Positions 1 to 10,254 of a stretch of DNA of 64,000 nt are shown here, piece by piece (within the stretch, counting starts at the first letter, position 1; every line of letters begins with the position of its first letter). Below the pieces are notes generated by a model. It saw only the letters and a program-made list of their open reading frames with translations. It had not been told where the DNA came from and searched no databases. Position numbers and translations under genes: made by a program. Source of the DNA: a candidate division WOR-3 bacterium (lineage in GTDB: Bacteria; Hydrothermota; Tepidihabitantia; Tepidihabitantales; CAIPLT01); the NCBI GenBank assembly GCA_965649215.1, contig CBFGJZ010000001.1, positions 1,809 through 65,808 on the forward strand. Reading direction: 5' to 3'.

Positions 1-1477
1 TGGCGCGCGAATGACATCAACACCAACATCATTAGCAGCCGGTGCGGCAGCCATAACTTTAACATAGTCCATATACATATTATTACCATAAGCAGAAACC
101 GCATTAAAGCCAAGATAGAAATTACTATTAAAGGTGCCTAAATAGACAACATGTTCAGTCCAAGCTTGGGTTTGAGCATAACGGTTAAAGGTTGCAATAG
201 TAGTCCAAGTGGTACCATCCGGAGAAATCTGCACTTGAATCTGGTCAGCACTGGTTGAATAACCAGGATCGTGCATCATCCAGAATTTTAAGGTACAAAT
301 AGTTGGTGACGTGATGGTAATGGCGGGTGAAATTAACCGTGCATTACTACCACTGGATGCATACCAAGATTGATAGGTTGCCATCCCTTCACCTTCATAA
401 GGGGTGCAAGTTGGATAAGTTCCGGCCGTTGAGCGTTGCCAGTTATAAGTACCACTACCAATCACTGCTTGCCAACCCGTGGGTGGGAAGGTGGGGTCAT
501 TAAATCCTTCTGAGAGTAATTCTTGAGCAATTTGAGTATTACGGGTTTTGCGGTCATTACTGGGATTTTCATCACCCGCTAAGGTGGTTTTCATCATCAC
601 GGTAAGTTGTTCTTCAATAGTGGGTGTCCAACTCGTAAAGTTAACATTAGCAGTTGCGCCAGCTGCAAGCGAAGTAACAGTTTGTGTGTTGGTATAACGG
701 ACTTGACCTGCTGGACCAAGAATTGAGCAGACGACCGCAAAATTGGTCTGGGCATTATTTCCATAGTTTTTAACACGAGCTACCGGGGTCATTGGTGTAT
801 TGACTCGATGAGTTGGACCAGGGGCAACAATCGCATCAACACCGACATCATTGTTAAAGCGAACAAATCGACCAATTGCGCGTAAATTCCAGTTATAATT
901 TAAGCCGTAGTAAACTAAACTATTCCAAGAGGTACCGTCAAGACTGACATAAGAACGGGCAGGTGTAACCGACGGTCCTGCGTCAACACCAAAAGGATAA
1001 GTACCTGCGGAATGGGTGATTCTCACACCAAGCCAAAAATCACTACCAGCAGCATAGTATCTTGGAGTGGGAAAATTCACTCTTACCCAAGCACCGACTG
1101 CAGGAGTATAAGGAGTGCTGTCAATTGGAGCACCTGGAGCAGTAGAAGTGCCCGCACCATAAATAATCACATAGCCGGGAGCAGTGACCGCTTGATATTG
1201 AAAGAAAATTGCCGATTTTAAGGTACAAGCATCAGTGGTTGTAAAACGCACCGCGCCATAATAAGTACCGCCATTAGTTAAGCCAATACCATTATTGGAA
1301 TTTTCGCCATCGTACTTAATCGTGTCTTCAGTACGCGAAAAATCACTCGGGATAATAATTGTGGTTTCTTCATATTTTTGGATTTTAGCATTTGGGTCAG
1401 TGGAGAACGAATTACTTGCCACTAACACACTTGCTAAACCAAAAATGATTGTTATTAATGATAACTTTTTTAACATT
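1..1477 (-). CDS. Secreted multidomain surface/adhesin-like protein with CARDB-like repeats. The N-terminus is in the window; the C-terminus runs past the window start (partial).
   Basis: Open reading frame on the - strand from an ATG at about 1477 with no stop before position 1, so it is absent from the ORF track. N-terminal signal peptide MLKKLSLITIIFGLASVLVAS. Repeated 'NDVGVDxIxAPGP...V.N.GN' units typical of CARDB domains. GC is much higher than the surrounding DNA. Confidence 0.6.
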
Positions 1478-1658
1478 TTATTTTCCTCCTACTATAAGGT
1501 TTATTGTTTGTTTTTTTATAATCCGGCTAATTAATCGCCTCCCTTCTTTATTTTTATTTATTATTTTTGTAAATTCATTATTTTTCAGTCGGTTTATCAT
1601 CACGTTCATACGCCAAAAATTTATCTCTCAAGAAATTATACAATAAAAATTATAAATG

Positions 1659-2855
1659 TCAATATGAATTCATTTTTTTATAAAGACTATCTTTATGGAT
1701 AAGATATTGATTGACAAATTGGGGTTTAACTGGTTCGGCACGTGGTGGAATGATTTTTAAGGGATTGACCCAACTACCATTTTGTACAAGTTCAAAATGA
1801 AGATGGGGTCCAGTAGCAAGACCTGTCGAACCGACATATCCGATAATTTGACCTTGAGCCACTCTTTGACCACTTCTAATACCTTTACCAAATGCTCGTA
1901 AATGACCATATCTTGATTTAAAGCGATTGCCATGGCTGATTTCAACCAGCCGACCATAGCCACCTTTCCAACCTACATAAGTAATTGTGCCAGCACCAAT
2001 TGCAGATACCGGCGTACCAGCAGGTGCGACATAATCAATACCACGATGAGGTCGCACAATTTTTAGAATCGGATGATAACGGCCACGACTGAAAGTTGAA
2101 CTGATGTGAGAATAACGAAGTGGCGCTTTTAAGAATGCTTTCCGTAAGGATTGTCCTTTGTTGTCATAATAGTCTTGATTGCCATTAGGGTCTTTATAAT
2201 AATAGCCACAGATGTCGCCAATTTTGCCTTTATAGCGGACCGCATAGATTCTTCCATAATTAATAAAATTATCTTCTTCATAAATTTTTTCCACTAACAC
2301 AAAGAATGAGTCTTGATTATGAGTTTCTGTAAAAAAGTCAATATCCCAACTTAAAATGTCAGCAAAATTAGCAATCAAAGTTGGTTTCTCACCAATTTTT
2401 AACATTGATTCATAGAGCGAAGAGCTTATTTCTCCTTTCACGAGCTCGGTTTGTCGATTGAGTACTTTGTAGAGCATAGAATATTTGATATCGTTCGAAT
2501 CAATGTCAAAATTATAAATAGTGAAAGAGTTTTTTATATACTGGATTTTAATGAGTGAATCATTCTGGTAATAGACTTTAAGCGTATCGGTAGGTGAGAT
2601 CGCATAAAAATTAAATTTACTCTGGCTGAGAAGTTTTATTAGTTGGTCGGCTAAAAACAAAGGAATTTGGGCACGTTTTAATAGCTTGCTGAAATTTTCT
2701 CCGACCTGAACTTGATAAGATTTTATGGAAAAGTCAGAAGTAATCTGAGGTGCGGGACGATGGCGGGGAAGGTTTCTAAAAACTAATACAATAATTAATA
2801 AGATAAGAGTTATAATTAAAATATATTTAAATACTTTGCGTTTATTGAGTAACAT
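1659..2855 (-). CDS. M23 family metallopeptidase (LytM-like), with an N-terminal TM anchor
   Basis: C-terminal 'HRGIDYVAPAGTPVSAIGAGTITYVGWKGGYGRLVEISHGNRFKSRYGHL' is the M23 HxxxD...HxH catalytic region. Confidence 0.8.
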   Translation of the reverse strand: MLLNKRKVFKYILIITLILLIIVLVFRNLPRHRPAPQITSDFSIKSYQVQVGENFSKLLKRAQIPLFLADQLIKLLSQSKFNFYAISPTDTLKVYYQNDSLIKIQYIKNSFTIYNFDIDSNDIKYSMLYKVLNRQTELVKGEISSSLYESMLKIGEKPTLIANFADILSWDIDFFTETHNQDSFFVLVEKIYEEDNFINYGRIYAVRYKGKIGDICGYYYKDPNGNQDYYDNKGQSLRKAFLKAPLRYSHISSTFSRGRYHPILKIVRPHRGIDYVAPAGTPVSAIGAGTITYVGWKGGYGRLVEISHGNRFKSRYGHLRAFGKGIRSGQRVAQGQIIGYVGSTGLATGPHLHFELVQNGSWVNPLKIIPPRAEPVKPQFVNQYLIHKDSLYKKMNSY

Positions 2856-3492
2856 GAGTTAAAACATCCTTAATACGAGAATAAATAATTTGAGGGGTGG
2901 AGAGATTAAGGAGGTTAATCCCAATACTTAATGTATTATTACGATATCGAACATCGGTGATTAATGATAAGATTTCAATATTTTTAATCTCGGGATGTTC
3001 TTTGAATAGTTCCATTTCAATGAGATCATAAAGATTCTGCCAACCGATTGGTAAGAGTCGAACTGTTGAGCCTGTTAAATTAATTCTATATCCTCGAAGG
3101 ATATTAGGAATAACCTCACGATAATAATTTAGAAAAGGCAGACGGTTATCAGCATCACCTAAAATCCAACAAGATTCTTTTTGACGGTCGAGCAGAAAGA
3201 TTAATTTATATTTTTGAAAGACCGAACGAAAATTTTCGTTGAGGGCAACACCAGCAAGCGCATTTTTACAGAAGACAGCAACAATTTTTTCGGTCCGCAG
3301 TATTTTTTGAGCAGTTTTATCAGCATAGATGTTTTGAATTTGATAACTACGAAGCACTTGATGAAAAGCTTCACTAGAATGAAATTTCGGGATTTGCGAT
3401 AGCACTAATCCACAACCAAGATGATTAGAAAGTTTATCCCTATTGATTTCTAACCAGCATTTTGATTCTAGACGTGTTAAGTTGACTAACAT
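2842..3492 (-). CDS. hypothetical protein
   Basis: 216 aa ORF overlapping the neighbouring genes by a few nt. I did not recognise a family. Confidence 0.4.
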   Translation of the reverse strand: MLVNLTRLESKCWLEINRDKLSNHLGCGLVLSQIPKFHSSEAFHQVLRSYQIQNIYADKTAQKILRTEKIVAVFCKNALAGVALNENFRSVFQKYKLIFLLDRQKESCWILGDADNRLPFLNYYREVIPNILRGYRINLTGSTVRLLPIGWQNLYDLIEMELFKEHPEIKNIEILSLITDVRYRNNTLSIGINLLNLSTPQIIYSRIKDVLTHVTQ

Positions 3493-4292
3493 TATGTTAT
3501 TAATCTTTTCTTAAAAAAATTAGCTTCTTTTTCATTATGAGCAATACAACTAATGAATTGCTCAACACCGTTTCTTTTTAAGATATAATTGCCGTTGCCA
3601 ATCACAATCGCTTTAGTTTTAACCCATTCTTCAATGATATCGTCGCGATGAAGCATTTGAAGATAGATATCGTAATTGGTGATTGGTTTGAGAGAAGTCG
3701 GGTCGATGATAAAACCAATCAGGACATAAGGATATGTTTGTAGTACTATTTTATAGCTGGGCGGAAAAGGTCCTTCGGGAGTAAGCACTTCAATTTTTTG
3801 GATATTTGACCTTTTCAAAATGCGGGGTAGATCAAATTCACAAGTTAAACCTAATCGATGCGCGATCACACCAATGCCAACATTTTGAAGCTTGATACTT
3901 TTATCAGTGGGACGATATAATTTAATCATCCGCAACAGAAAACGATTTTTTTTCTGATGCGAGATTAATTCTCGCAAAATATGCTTGGTCATCATTGAGG
4001 CCAGTCCTTTCATTCGATATTTTTCATCAACCATCACATCCCAATAGACTATGGCCCCCGTTTTCTGATTGCGTTCAGTGCAAGCACGGGCAACGATCGT
4101 ATTGTTTTCTTTCAGGAAAAATCTTAATTGATAGGGAGTTAATTCTTGTTCATATTGAAATATTTTATTGGTTAGTTCACCTTCGGTTATTTGAAGCGCG
4201 TCGTCGGAAATAAACTGAAATGCTGGTCCTAATCGATGTGGAAAGAAAACTTCTTTTTTATTTAACCCAAAGAGCCAACGCCAAAATGACAT
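3492..4292 (-). CDS. hypothetical protein
   Basis: 266 aa ORF packed in an operon. I did not recognise a family. Confidence 0.4.
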   Translation of the reverse strand: MSFWRWLFGLNKKEVFFPHRLGPAFQFISDDALQITEGELTNKIFQYEQELTPYQLRFFLKENNTIVARACTERNQKTGAIVYWDVMVDEKYRMKGLASMMTKHILRELISHQKKNRFLLRMIKLYRPTDKSIKLQNVGIGVIAHRLGLTCEFDLPRILKRSNIQKIEVLTPEGPFPPSYKIVLQTYPYVLIGFIIDPTSLKPITNYDIYLQMLHRDDIIEEWVKTKAIVIGNGNYILKRNGVEQFISCIAHNEKEANFFKKRLIT

Positions 4293-4297
4293 AATAT

Positions 4298-6013
4298 TTA
4301 TTTCATCAAATTAGGATTAAAGCGAATTGCTTGCTCTAAGCATTTTATTGCTTCTTTGTTTCTTCCTTGATTGCGATAGATAATACCTAAATTATACCAA
4401 CTCGGCGCATGGTCAGCTTTTAATTTAAGTAGTTTTTTATATGTCTTAATACTACTCGTGAGTTCGCCAAGTTCATAATAAGTCTGGGCAAGGTTGTAAA
4501 GCGATTTAATGGATTGGCTGTCAATTTTCAAAGCACGTTCAAAATAGTATTGAGCCCGTTCGTATTTTTTTAGTTGGAAATAGACATTGCCTAAAGCAAA
4601 AGTCGCAGCGAAGTGATTCGGTTCAATATTTAAAATTTGGTGATAAGTCTCAATCGCTTTTGTAGTTTCATTGGTTTGTTCATAACAAACCCCTAAGTTA
4701 TTTAATGCTTCAATATAATTAGGTTGTAGGGCAATGGCTTTTTTTAAATTGGCAATACTTTGCGAAAGATTTTTGGCTAAATAATAGCCTAACCCAAGCA
4801 TATGATAGTAGCGTGCTGATTGAGGATTTAATTCAATCGCTTTGCTTAACATCTCAATCGCATGCGGAGGATCATTGGCTTTAATATAGATTTGAGCAAG
4901 TGATGCATAATTTTCTGCATAATCAGGAATTATTCTGATGGCATTTGTGTAATATTTAATAGCTTTATTAATATCTCGAGATAGTTGCACATAAAGGTTA
5001 GCAATTTGGCACATAGTTTGAGCAATTAAAAAATGATAATTATGACGATACTGAATGATGGGTTGAGCATAAGAAATAGGACCTCTGTTTATACAATCCC
5101 AATAAATTAAGCGTTGCGGTAAAATAATTTCCAGATTGATGTTATTATCAATAATAACGCAGTTATGATCAAATCCAAAACGGGCAAGAATGATACTATC
5201 TAAAATGGCAAAAACAAGGTTTGATGCTTTAATTTGAAAGGGTTGATTGGTTTTATTAGATAATTCCCGATACTCATCAAGAAAGTCAGTAAGTAGGAAT
5301 TTAGTATCATCAACAATGCGATTTGGAAAATATTTAAGAATAGTGTCTCTTAAAACAGCAATTAAGATATAATCATGATTGAAATTATTTTCCAGGAGTT
5401 TATTTCCAATCGCAACTTGTACCTGGTGCATGGTCAAGATTTTGGTAATAAGCAAATCAATTTTTTGTGCGTATGGAATCAATTCTTTTGGTTTATCAAT
5501 TCCCACTAACATAAAACTTGCCAAGGCTAAAGCAGTATGTTGACCGTATTCTTTTTTAATCGCATCAATTAATGGTATAAAATCAGTACTGTCGGGATTT
5601 ATTTTTTTATATCGTGGTGATGATAGTATTTCTATAAATTGTTCTTCAATATTAGAAGGTAATATTCCTATTGCTCTTTTCATAAATAATTCCTTCTCCC
5701 AATTGGATAATTCACAATAACCCATTAAATTATGAATTAACCAAGCTTCTGCTTCGGCTCTTAAAATTTCTAAATGTTGCTGTAATGGATTAAGATTAAC
5801 AAAATCATAAATTTCATATCGTATTAAAGCATTATTGCGGTAGAATAATGGAAATTGCCAAGCATTTAGGAGGGGGTCATTTTGTTGACTTATTTTTTTA
5901 GCATACGCTTTACCATACTCAATTAATTGTTTATCATTTTCAATAATTGCTTCATTAAGGGCAATGATTTTAGTTATTGAAGTTAAGTTTGTTAAATCAT
6001 TGGGGTCAGGCAT
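4298..6013 (-). CDS. TPR-repeat protein
   Basis: The C-terminal half contains about 6 tandem 34-aa TPR units (A..Y..A...P....A..NLG..Y). Confidence 0.7.
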   Translation of the reverse strand: MPDPNDLTNLTSITKIIALNEAIIENDKQLIEYGKAYAKKISQQNDPLLNAWQFPLFYRNNALIRYEIYDFVNLNPLQQHLEILRAEAEAWLIHNLMGYCELSNWEKELFMKRAIGILPSNIEEQFIEILSSPRYKKINPDSTDFIPLIDAIKKEYGQHTALALASFMLVGIDKPKELIPYAQKIDLLITKILTMHQVQVAIGNKLLENNFNHDYILIAVLRDTILKYFPNRIVDDTKFLLTDFLDEYRELSNKTNQPFQIKASNLVFAILDSIILARFGFDHNCVIIDNNINLEIILPQRLIYWDCINRGPISYAQPIIQYRHNYHFLIAQTMCQIANLYVQLSRDINKAIKYYTNAIRIIPDYAENYASLAQIYIKANDPPHAIEMLSKAIELNPQSARYYHMLGLGYYLAKNLSQSIANLKKAIALQPNYIEALNNLGVCYEQTNETTKAIETYHQILNIEPNHFAATFALGNVYFQLKKYERAQYYFERALKIDSQSIKSLYNLAQTYYELGELTSSIKTYKKLLKLKADHAPSWYNLGIIYRNQGRNKEAIKCLEQAIRFNPNLMK

Positions 6014-6051
6014 AACTTTTAAAGAATATTAAATATAAATTAACTTCAAAA

Positions 6052-7392
6052 TTATTTTACTGAATCGGCTAATGTTGTTGATAAATTGCCATTTCTAAAA
6101 TCAGGATGGGTAAGGATACGTAGATGAAAAGGAATTGTGGTTTTAATACCAACGATTACGGTTTCTTTAAGTGCGCGTTCCATTCTCACAATAGCTTCAT
6201 CGCGGGTCGCTCCCCAAGTTATAAACTTACCAATAAGTGAATCATAGTAGGGTGGAATTGTATAACCATTATAGATAAATGAATCAACGCGGATACCGGG
6301 TCCAGCCGGTAAACGCAAGTCAGTGATTGTGCCTGGGGTTGGTTGAAAGTCTTGATTTTCATCTTCAGCATTAATCCGGCATTCTAAAGCATGTCCGATT
6401 GGCTGATTGAGGTAAGTCGGCGGAAGCGTTAATTTTTCACCACTGGCAATTAGAATCTGTTGTTTAACAATATCAGTATGGGTGACGAGTTCAGTTATCG
6501 GATGTTCTACTTGCAGGCGGGTATTCATCTCTAAAAAGTAAAATTGACGCTCGGGCGTAGCGATAAATTCCATTGTTCCGGCATTTTCATAACCAATGGC
6601 TTGAGCACCCATTACCGCAGCTTGACAGATTTGCTCACGCGATTGGATATCGAGGAGCGGTGAGGGTGATTCTTCAATCAGTTTTTGGTGGCGTCTTTGA
6701 ATTGAGCATTCTCGTTCAAAAAGATGCGCAATATTACCATACTGGTCGGCTAAGATTTGGACTTCAATATGGCGCGAATTTTCAATGTATTTTTCAATAT
6801 AAACCCGCTCATCATTAAAACTGGCTTTGGCTTCAGCTTGGGCTAAGCGCAGTGCGGTTTCTAAATCGCGTTCTTGTTTGACAATCCGCATACCCTTACC
6901 ACCACCACCTGCCGCGGCTTTGATAATAATCGGATAGCCAATTTCATCGGCAATGGCTTTGATCTCTTTTATCGACTCAACTGCGGATAGTGAACCTGGC
7001 AGAATCGGTAAACCCGCTTCTTGCATCTTTTTACGAGCAGTAAGTTTATCGCCCATCAGGCGCATAACATTTGATTTCGGACCAATAAATTTTATCTGAC
7101 ACGATTCTGTGGCTTCGGCAAAATCAGGATTTTCTGATAAAAACCCATAACCGGGATGAATCGCATCACTCCCAGTTACTTCAGCCGCTGATAAAATACG
7201 GGGAATATTAAGATAACTTTCTTCAGCTAAAGCAGAGCCAATACAAATATGTTCATCAGCAAGTTGCGTGTGCAAAGAACTGCGATCAGCTTCAGAATAG
7301 ACCGCAACAGTTTTAATACCTAACTCCCGACAAGCACGAATAATACGCACCGCAATTTCACCGCGATTGGCAATTAATACTTTTTTAAACAT
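6052..7392 (-). CDS. accC: Acetyl-CoA carboxylase biotin carboxylase subunit
   Basis: MFKKVLIANRGEIAVRIIRACRELGIKTVAVYSEAD... ATP-grasp family, full length, 446 aa. Confidence 0.9.
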   Translation of the reverse strand: MFKKVLIANRGEIAVRIIRACRELGIKTVAVYSEADRSSLHTQLADEHICIGSALAEESYLNIPRILSAAEVTGSDAIHPGYGFLSENPDFAEATESCQIKFIGPKSNVMRLMGDKLTARKKMQEAGLPILPGSLSAVESIKEIKAIADEIGYPIIIKAAAGGGGKGMRIVKQERDLETALRLAQAEAKASFNDERVYIEKYIENSRHIEVQILADQYGNIAHLFERECSIQRRHQKLIEESPSPLLDIQSREQICQAAVMGAQAIGYENAGTMEFIATPERQFYFLEMNTRLQVEHPITELVTHTDIVKQQILIASGEKLTLPPTYLNQPIGHALECRINAEDENQDFQPTPGTITDLRLPAGPGIRVDSFIYNGYTIPPYYDSLIGKFITWGATRDEAIVRMERALKETVIVGIKTTIPFHLRILTHPDFRNGNLSTTLADSVK

Positions 7393-7420
7393 TGATTTCT
7401 CTTATCTTTGCTGGATTAAG

Positions 7421-7978
7421 TTATACGCGTTCAACATAAGTATTGGTGCGGGTGTCAATTCGGATTTTATCACCAACGGCAATGAAAAATGGTACGGAAA
7501 CAACCAGACCTGTCTCCAATTTAGCAGGTTTACCACCACCTGTGGCAGTATCGCCCTTATAATCAGGTTCGGTTTCAATCACAGTTAAAACAACAAAAGT
7601 CGGCACATCTAAAGTTAACGGCTGGCCTTCCACATAGACAACATCCACCATCAGATTTTCCGTAAGATATTTTACTTTATCGCCAAGAATGTCTTTGGAG
7701 AGGACGAATTGGTCATAATGTTCCATATCCATAAAATGATAATTCTCTCCATCATTGTAAAGATACTGGCATCTTTTTCGTTCTACTGCCAGTTCTTCAA
7801 ATTTTTCATCGGATGAAAGATTTTCTTCAATAATGCGACCAGTGAGTAAATTTTTAAATTTGGTACGGACAAAAGCACGGCGTTGAGCAATTTTTACTCG
7901 CTCATATTCAATAATTTCATATATTTCACCGCGATGTCTTACTAATAAACCCGCTCTAAAATCATTAGGTGTAATCAT
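7421..7978 (-). CDS. efp: Elongation factor P
   Basis: 185 aa. Aligns end to end with EF-P (NDFRAGL...LLTG...YLYNDGE..HFM...GDTA.GGGKPA.L.TG..V.VP.F). The beta3-beta4 loop reads KIAQRRA instead of KPGKGQA. Confidence 0.9.
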   Translation of the reverse strand: MITPNDFRAGLLVRHRGEIYEIIEYERVKIAQRRAFVRTKFKNLLTGRIIEENLSSDEKFEELAVERKRCQYLYNDGENYHFMDMEHYDQFVLSKDILGDKVKYLTENLMVDVVYVEGQPLTLDVPTFVVLTVIETEPDYKGDTATGGGKPAKLETGLVVSVPFFIAVGDKIRIDTRTNTYVERV

Positions 7979-9042
7979 AATTCAATCAACTCCTTTGGAC
8001 TTTGGGTTAGAATTTTACATCCCGTGGGGGTTACCACCACCAAATCTTCAATCCGAATGCCAAATTCATCGGGCAGATAAATACCCGGCTCAATTGAAAA
8101 AACTTGATTAGTTTTGATAATATCGTTACTTAAAGCAGAAATGGTGGGTAACTCATGCACAACTAAACCAATGCCATGACCTAAACCATGCCCAAAATAT
8201 TTGCCACAATTTGCTTTACTTATATAATCGCGAGCAAGGCGATCAATCCCTTGCGCCGTTTGGTTAGGTTTGACTCCGGCCAGCGCAAGTTCTTGAGCAT
8301 CTTGGACAATCTTATAGATAGTTTTAATTTTTTTATTGGCTTTACCAAAAACGACCGTCCGGGTCATATCTGCACAATAATGCTGATACTTAATGCCCAT
8401 ATCAAAAATTATCACCTCGTTATTTTTTAATCTGCGATTCGTGGGTTGAGCATGGGGAAGCGCAGAACGACTAGCAAACGCAACAATTGTAGGAAACGCA
8501 TTACTACCCATTCGTAAAAACTGATAATCAATTTCATTGGCTAAATCTTTTTCGGTGATATTGGGTTTTATTTTCTTTAATACATTGGCAAAAACTTGGT
8601 CAGTGATACTAACTGCTTTTTTAATTTTATTGATTTCATCTTGGTCTTTAATCATTCTTTGATTTTCAATGAGATTTTGAGTGGCGATGAGTTTAGTTTT
8701 TGATTGTAATTGTTTTTTAATTGTTTGATAAACATTGTAAGAAAGATGATTGCTTTCAAAACCTAATTTTTTTATGTTTTTTATATCCGCAATTGGAAAA
8801 TTGGTAAATAAGTTACGCGTCCAGATTTTAATGCGACAACCTTTAACTTCTTGTACGGCTTGTTCTTGATAACGAAAATCAGTGTAAAAAATCGGGACCG
8901 CCTGATTTTGTTTTACTAACAGCATACCATTAGAACCCGAAAAACCGCATAAATAATAAAGGTTATCAAGATTGGTCACTAATAAGGCATCAAGATTGTT
9001 TTTTGCTAAAGTATCTTTTAATTGTTTTAATCGTTCGAGCAT
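7975..9042 (-). CDS. Xaa-Pro aminopeptidase / M24 family peptidase
   Basis: Creatinase-like N-terminal domain plus a C-terminal M24 'HGLGHGIGLVVHE' motif. Confidence 0.8.
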   Translation of the reverse strand: MLERLKQLKDTLAKNNLDALLVTNLDNLYYLCGFSGSNGMLLVKQNQAVPIFYTDFRYQEQAVQEVKGCRIKIWTRNLFTNFPIADIKNIKKLGFESNHLSYNVYQTIKKQLQSKTKLIATQNLIENQRMIKDQDEINKIKKAVSITDQVFANVLKKIKPNITEKDLANEIDYQFLRMGSNAFPTIVAFASRSALPHAQPTNRRLKNNEVIIFDMGIKYQHYCADMTRTVVFGKANKKIKTIYKIVQDAQELALAGVKPNQTAQGIDRLARDYISKANCGKYFGHGLGHGIGLVVHELPTISALSNDIIKTNQVFSIEPGIYLPDEFGIRIEDLVVVTPTGCKILTQSPKELIEL

Positions 9043-9204
9043 TATCTTGCAACTCCTGTCTTGATAACTAAATATTTTTATAAAAACTTAAAATCATTTC
9101 TTGACTGACAAAATCATTTTATTGTATCTAAAAGTTTTCTTGTGTCAATAAGGAAATATTATTAAAAAAGCAATTTTCAAAAATAGTAGTAAAGCAGGGA
9201 TTTT

Positions 9205-10245
9205 TTAATGCGCCGGGGTGACAACTAACGGTTGATAACCAGGAATAAATTGACGAATAAGCCAGATATTGGTTTGTAAATGAGATGTCATTTTATTGGT
9301 TTTAATCGTAAACGGCTCGGCTTGATGTTGGTTACGAAAATGACTTAAAGCCAAAAAAACGCCTAACTGGTCGGCTAAATGTGAGTCATAAACACACTCT
9401 GATTCTAAAAGGTATTCTTTAAATTCTTGATAGGTTTCAAAAGCAACCTGTTCAGCTGGTTTTCCTTTTTCCCCTAAAGCACTAAAACCAACCGTGATAT
9501 TCTCAAATTGTACTTTTAAGAAGAGATAAGTGCCAGGGCAGGCAGCAGTAATTTTTTCATTGAATTCTTCGGCTTTAAGTTGCGGAAAATCAGTGCTTAA
9601 TAGTTTTATTAAGTGACTGGATTGGCGTTCGGCAATGTTTATTGGTAAATTGGCAACCCGCGAGACTATATTTATTTTTTTTAAACTACCCCGATTAAGA
9701 ATTACACCAATGCTTCGATAAGTTGGCGATGGTTTAAACTCAATTATGATTTTACCCCGTCCAACTGGGAAAAAGCCGTAAGTGATAATTTTACTATTAA
9801 TAATAAGTCCAAACCGCCTTAAATAATTAAGCAGGATTTCTTCTAAAAAATCATAGGGTGGACTAAATGGAACATGGGTGCCACCTTTAATGGTGATTTT
9901 GCTGTTGGTATTGATTAAAATCGGCAATAACGCTTGCGCAACTAATGTTACTGCTCCTGCACTACCTCGTTCTTGAGCAATATTAAACTCATATTCACCT
10001 GTTCTTATGGGATATGGTTTAAAGATTAAATGGGTAGAAGCAAATTTATTGCCCGTGACTTCAGCATTACAGATTTTTGCGACCGCGTTGACCGCAGTGA
10101 GATGTTGGGGTAAAAGACCTGGCCGTTTGCGATTTTTACGAATATTGATAATCTCAAAAGGAATTTGTAAAGCCGCAGAAAGACTAAGGGCGGTGCGTAA
10201 GATTTGGCCACCGCCCTCAAGGTAAGAACCGTCGATTTTAATCAC
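9205..10245 (-). CDS. rtcA: RNA 3'-terminal phosphate cyclase
   Basis: N-terminal 'DGSYLEGGGQILRTALSLSA' and overall length of 346 aa. Confidence 0.8.
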   Translation of the reverse strand: MIKIDGSYLEGGGQILRTALSLSAALQIPFEIINIRKNRKRPGLLPQHLTAVNAVAKICNAEVTGNKFASTHLIFKPYPIRTGEYEFNIAQERGSAGAVTLVAQALLPILINTNSKITIKGGTHVPFSPPYDFLEEILLNYLRRFGLIINSKIITYGFFPVGRGKIIIEFKPSPTYRSIGVILNRGSLKKINIVSRVANLPINIAERQSSHLIKLLSTDFPQLKAEEFNEKITAACPGTYLFLKVQFENITVGFSALGEKGKPAEQVAFETYQEFKEYLLESECVYDSHLADQLGVFLALSHFRNQHQAEPFTIKTNKMTSHLQTNIWLIRQFIPGYQPLVVTPAH

Positions 10246-10254
10246 GGTTTGGAT

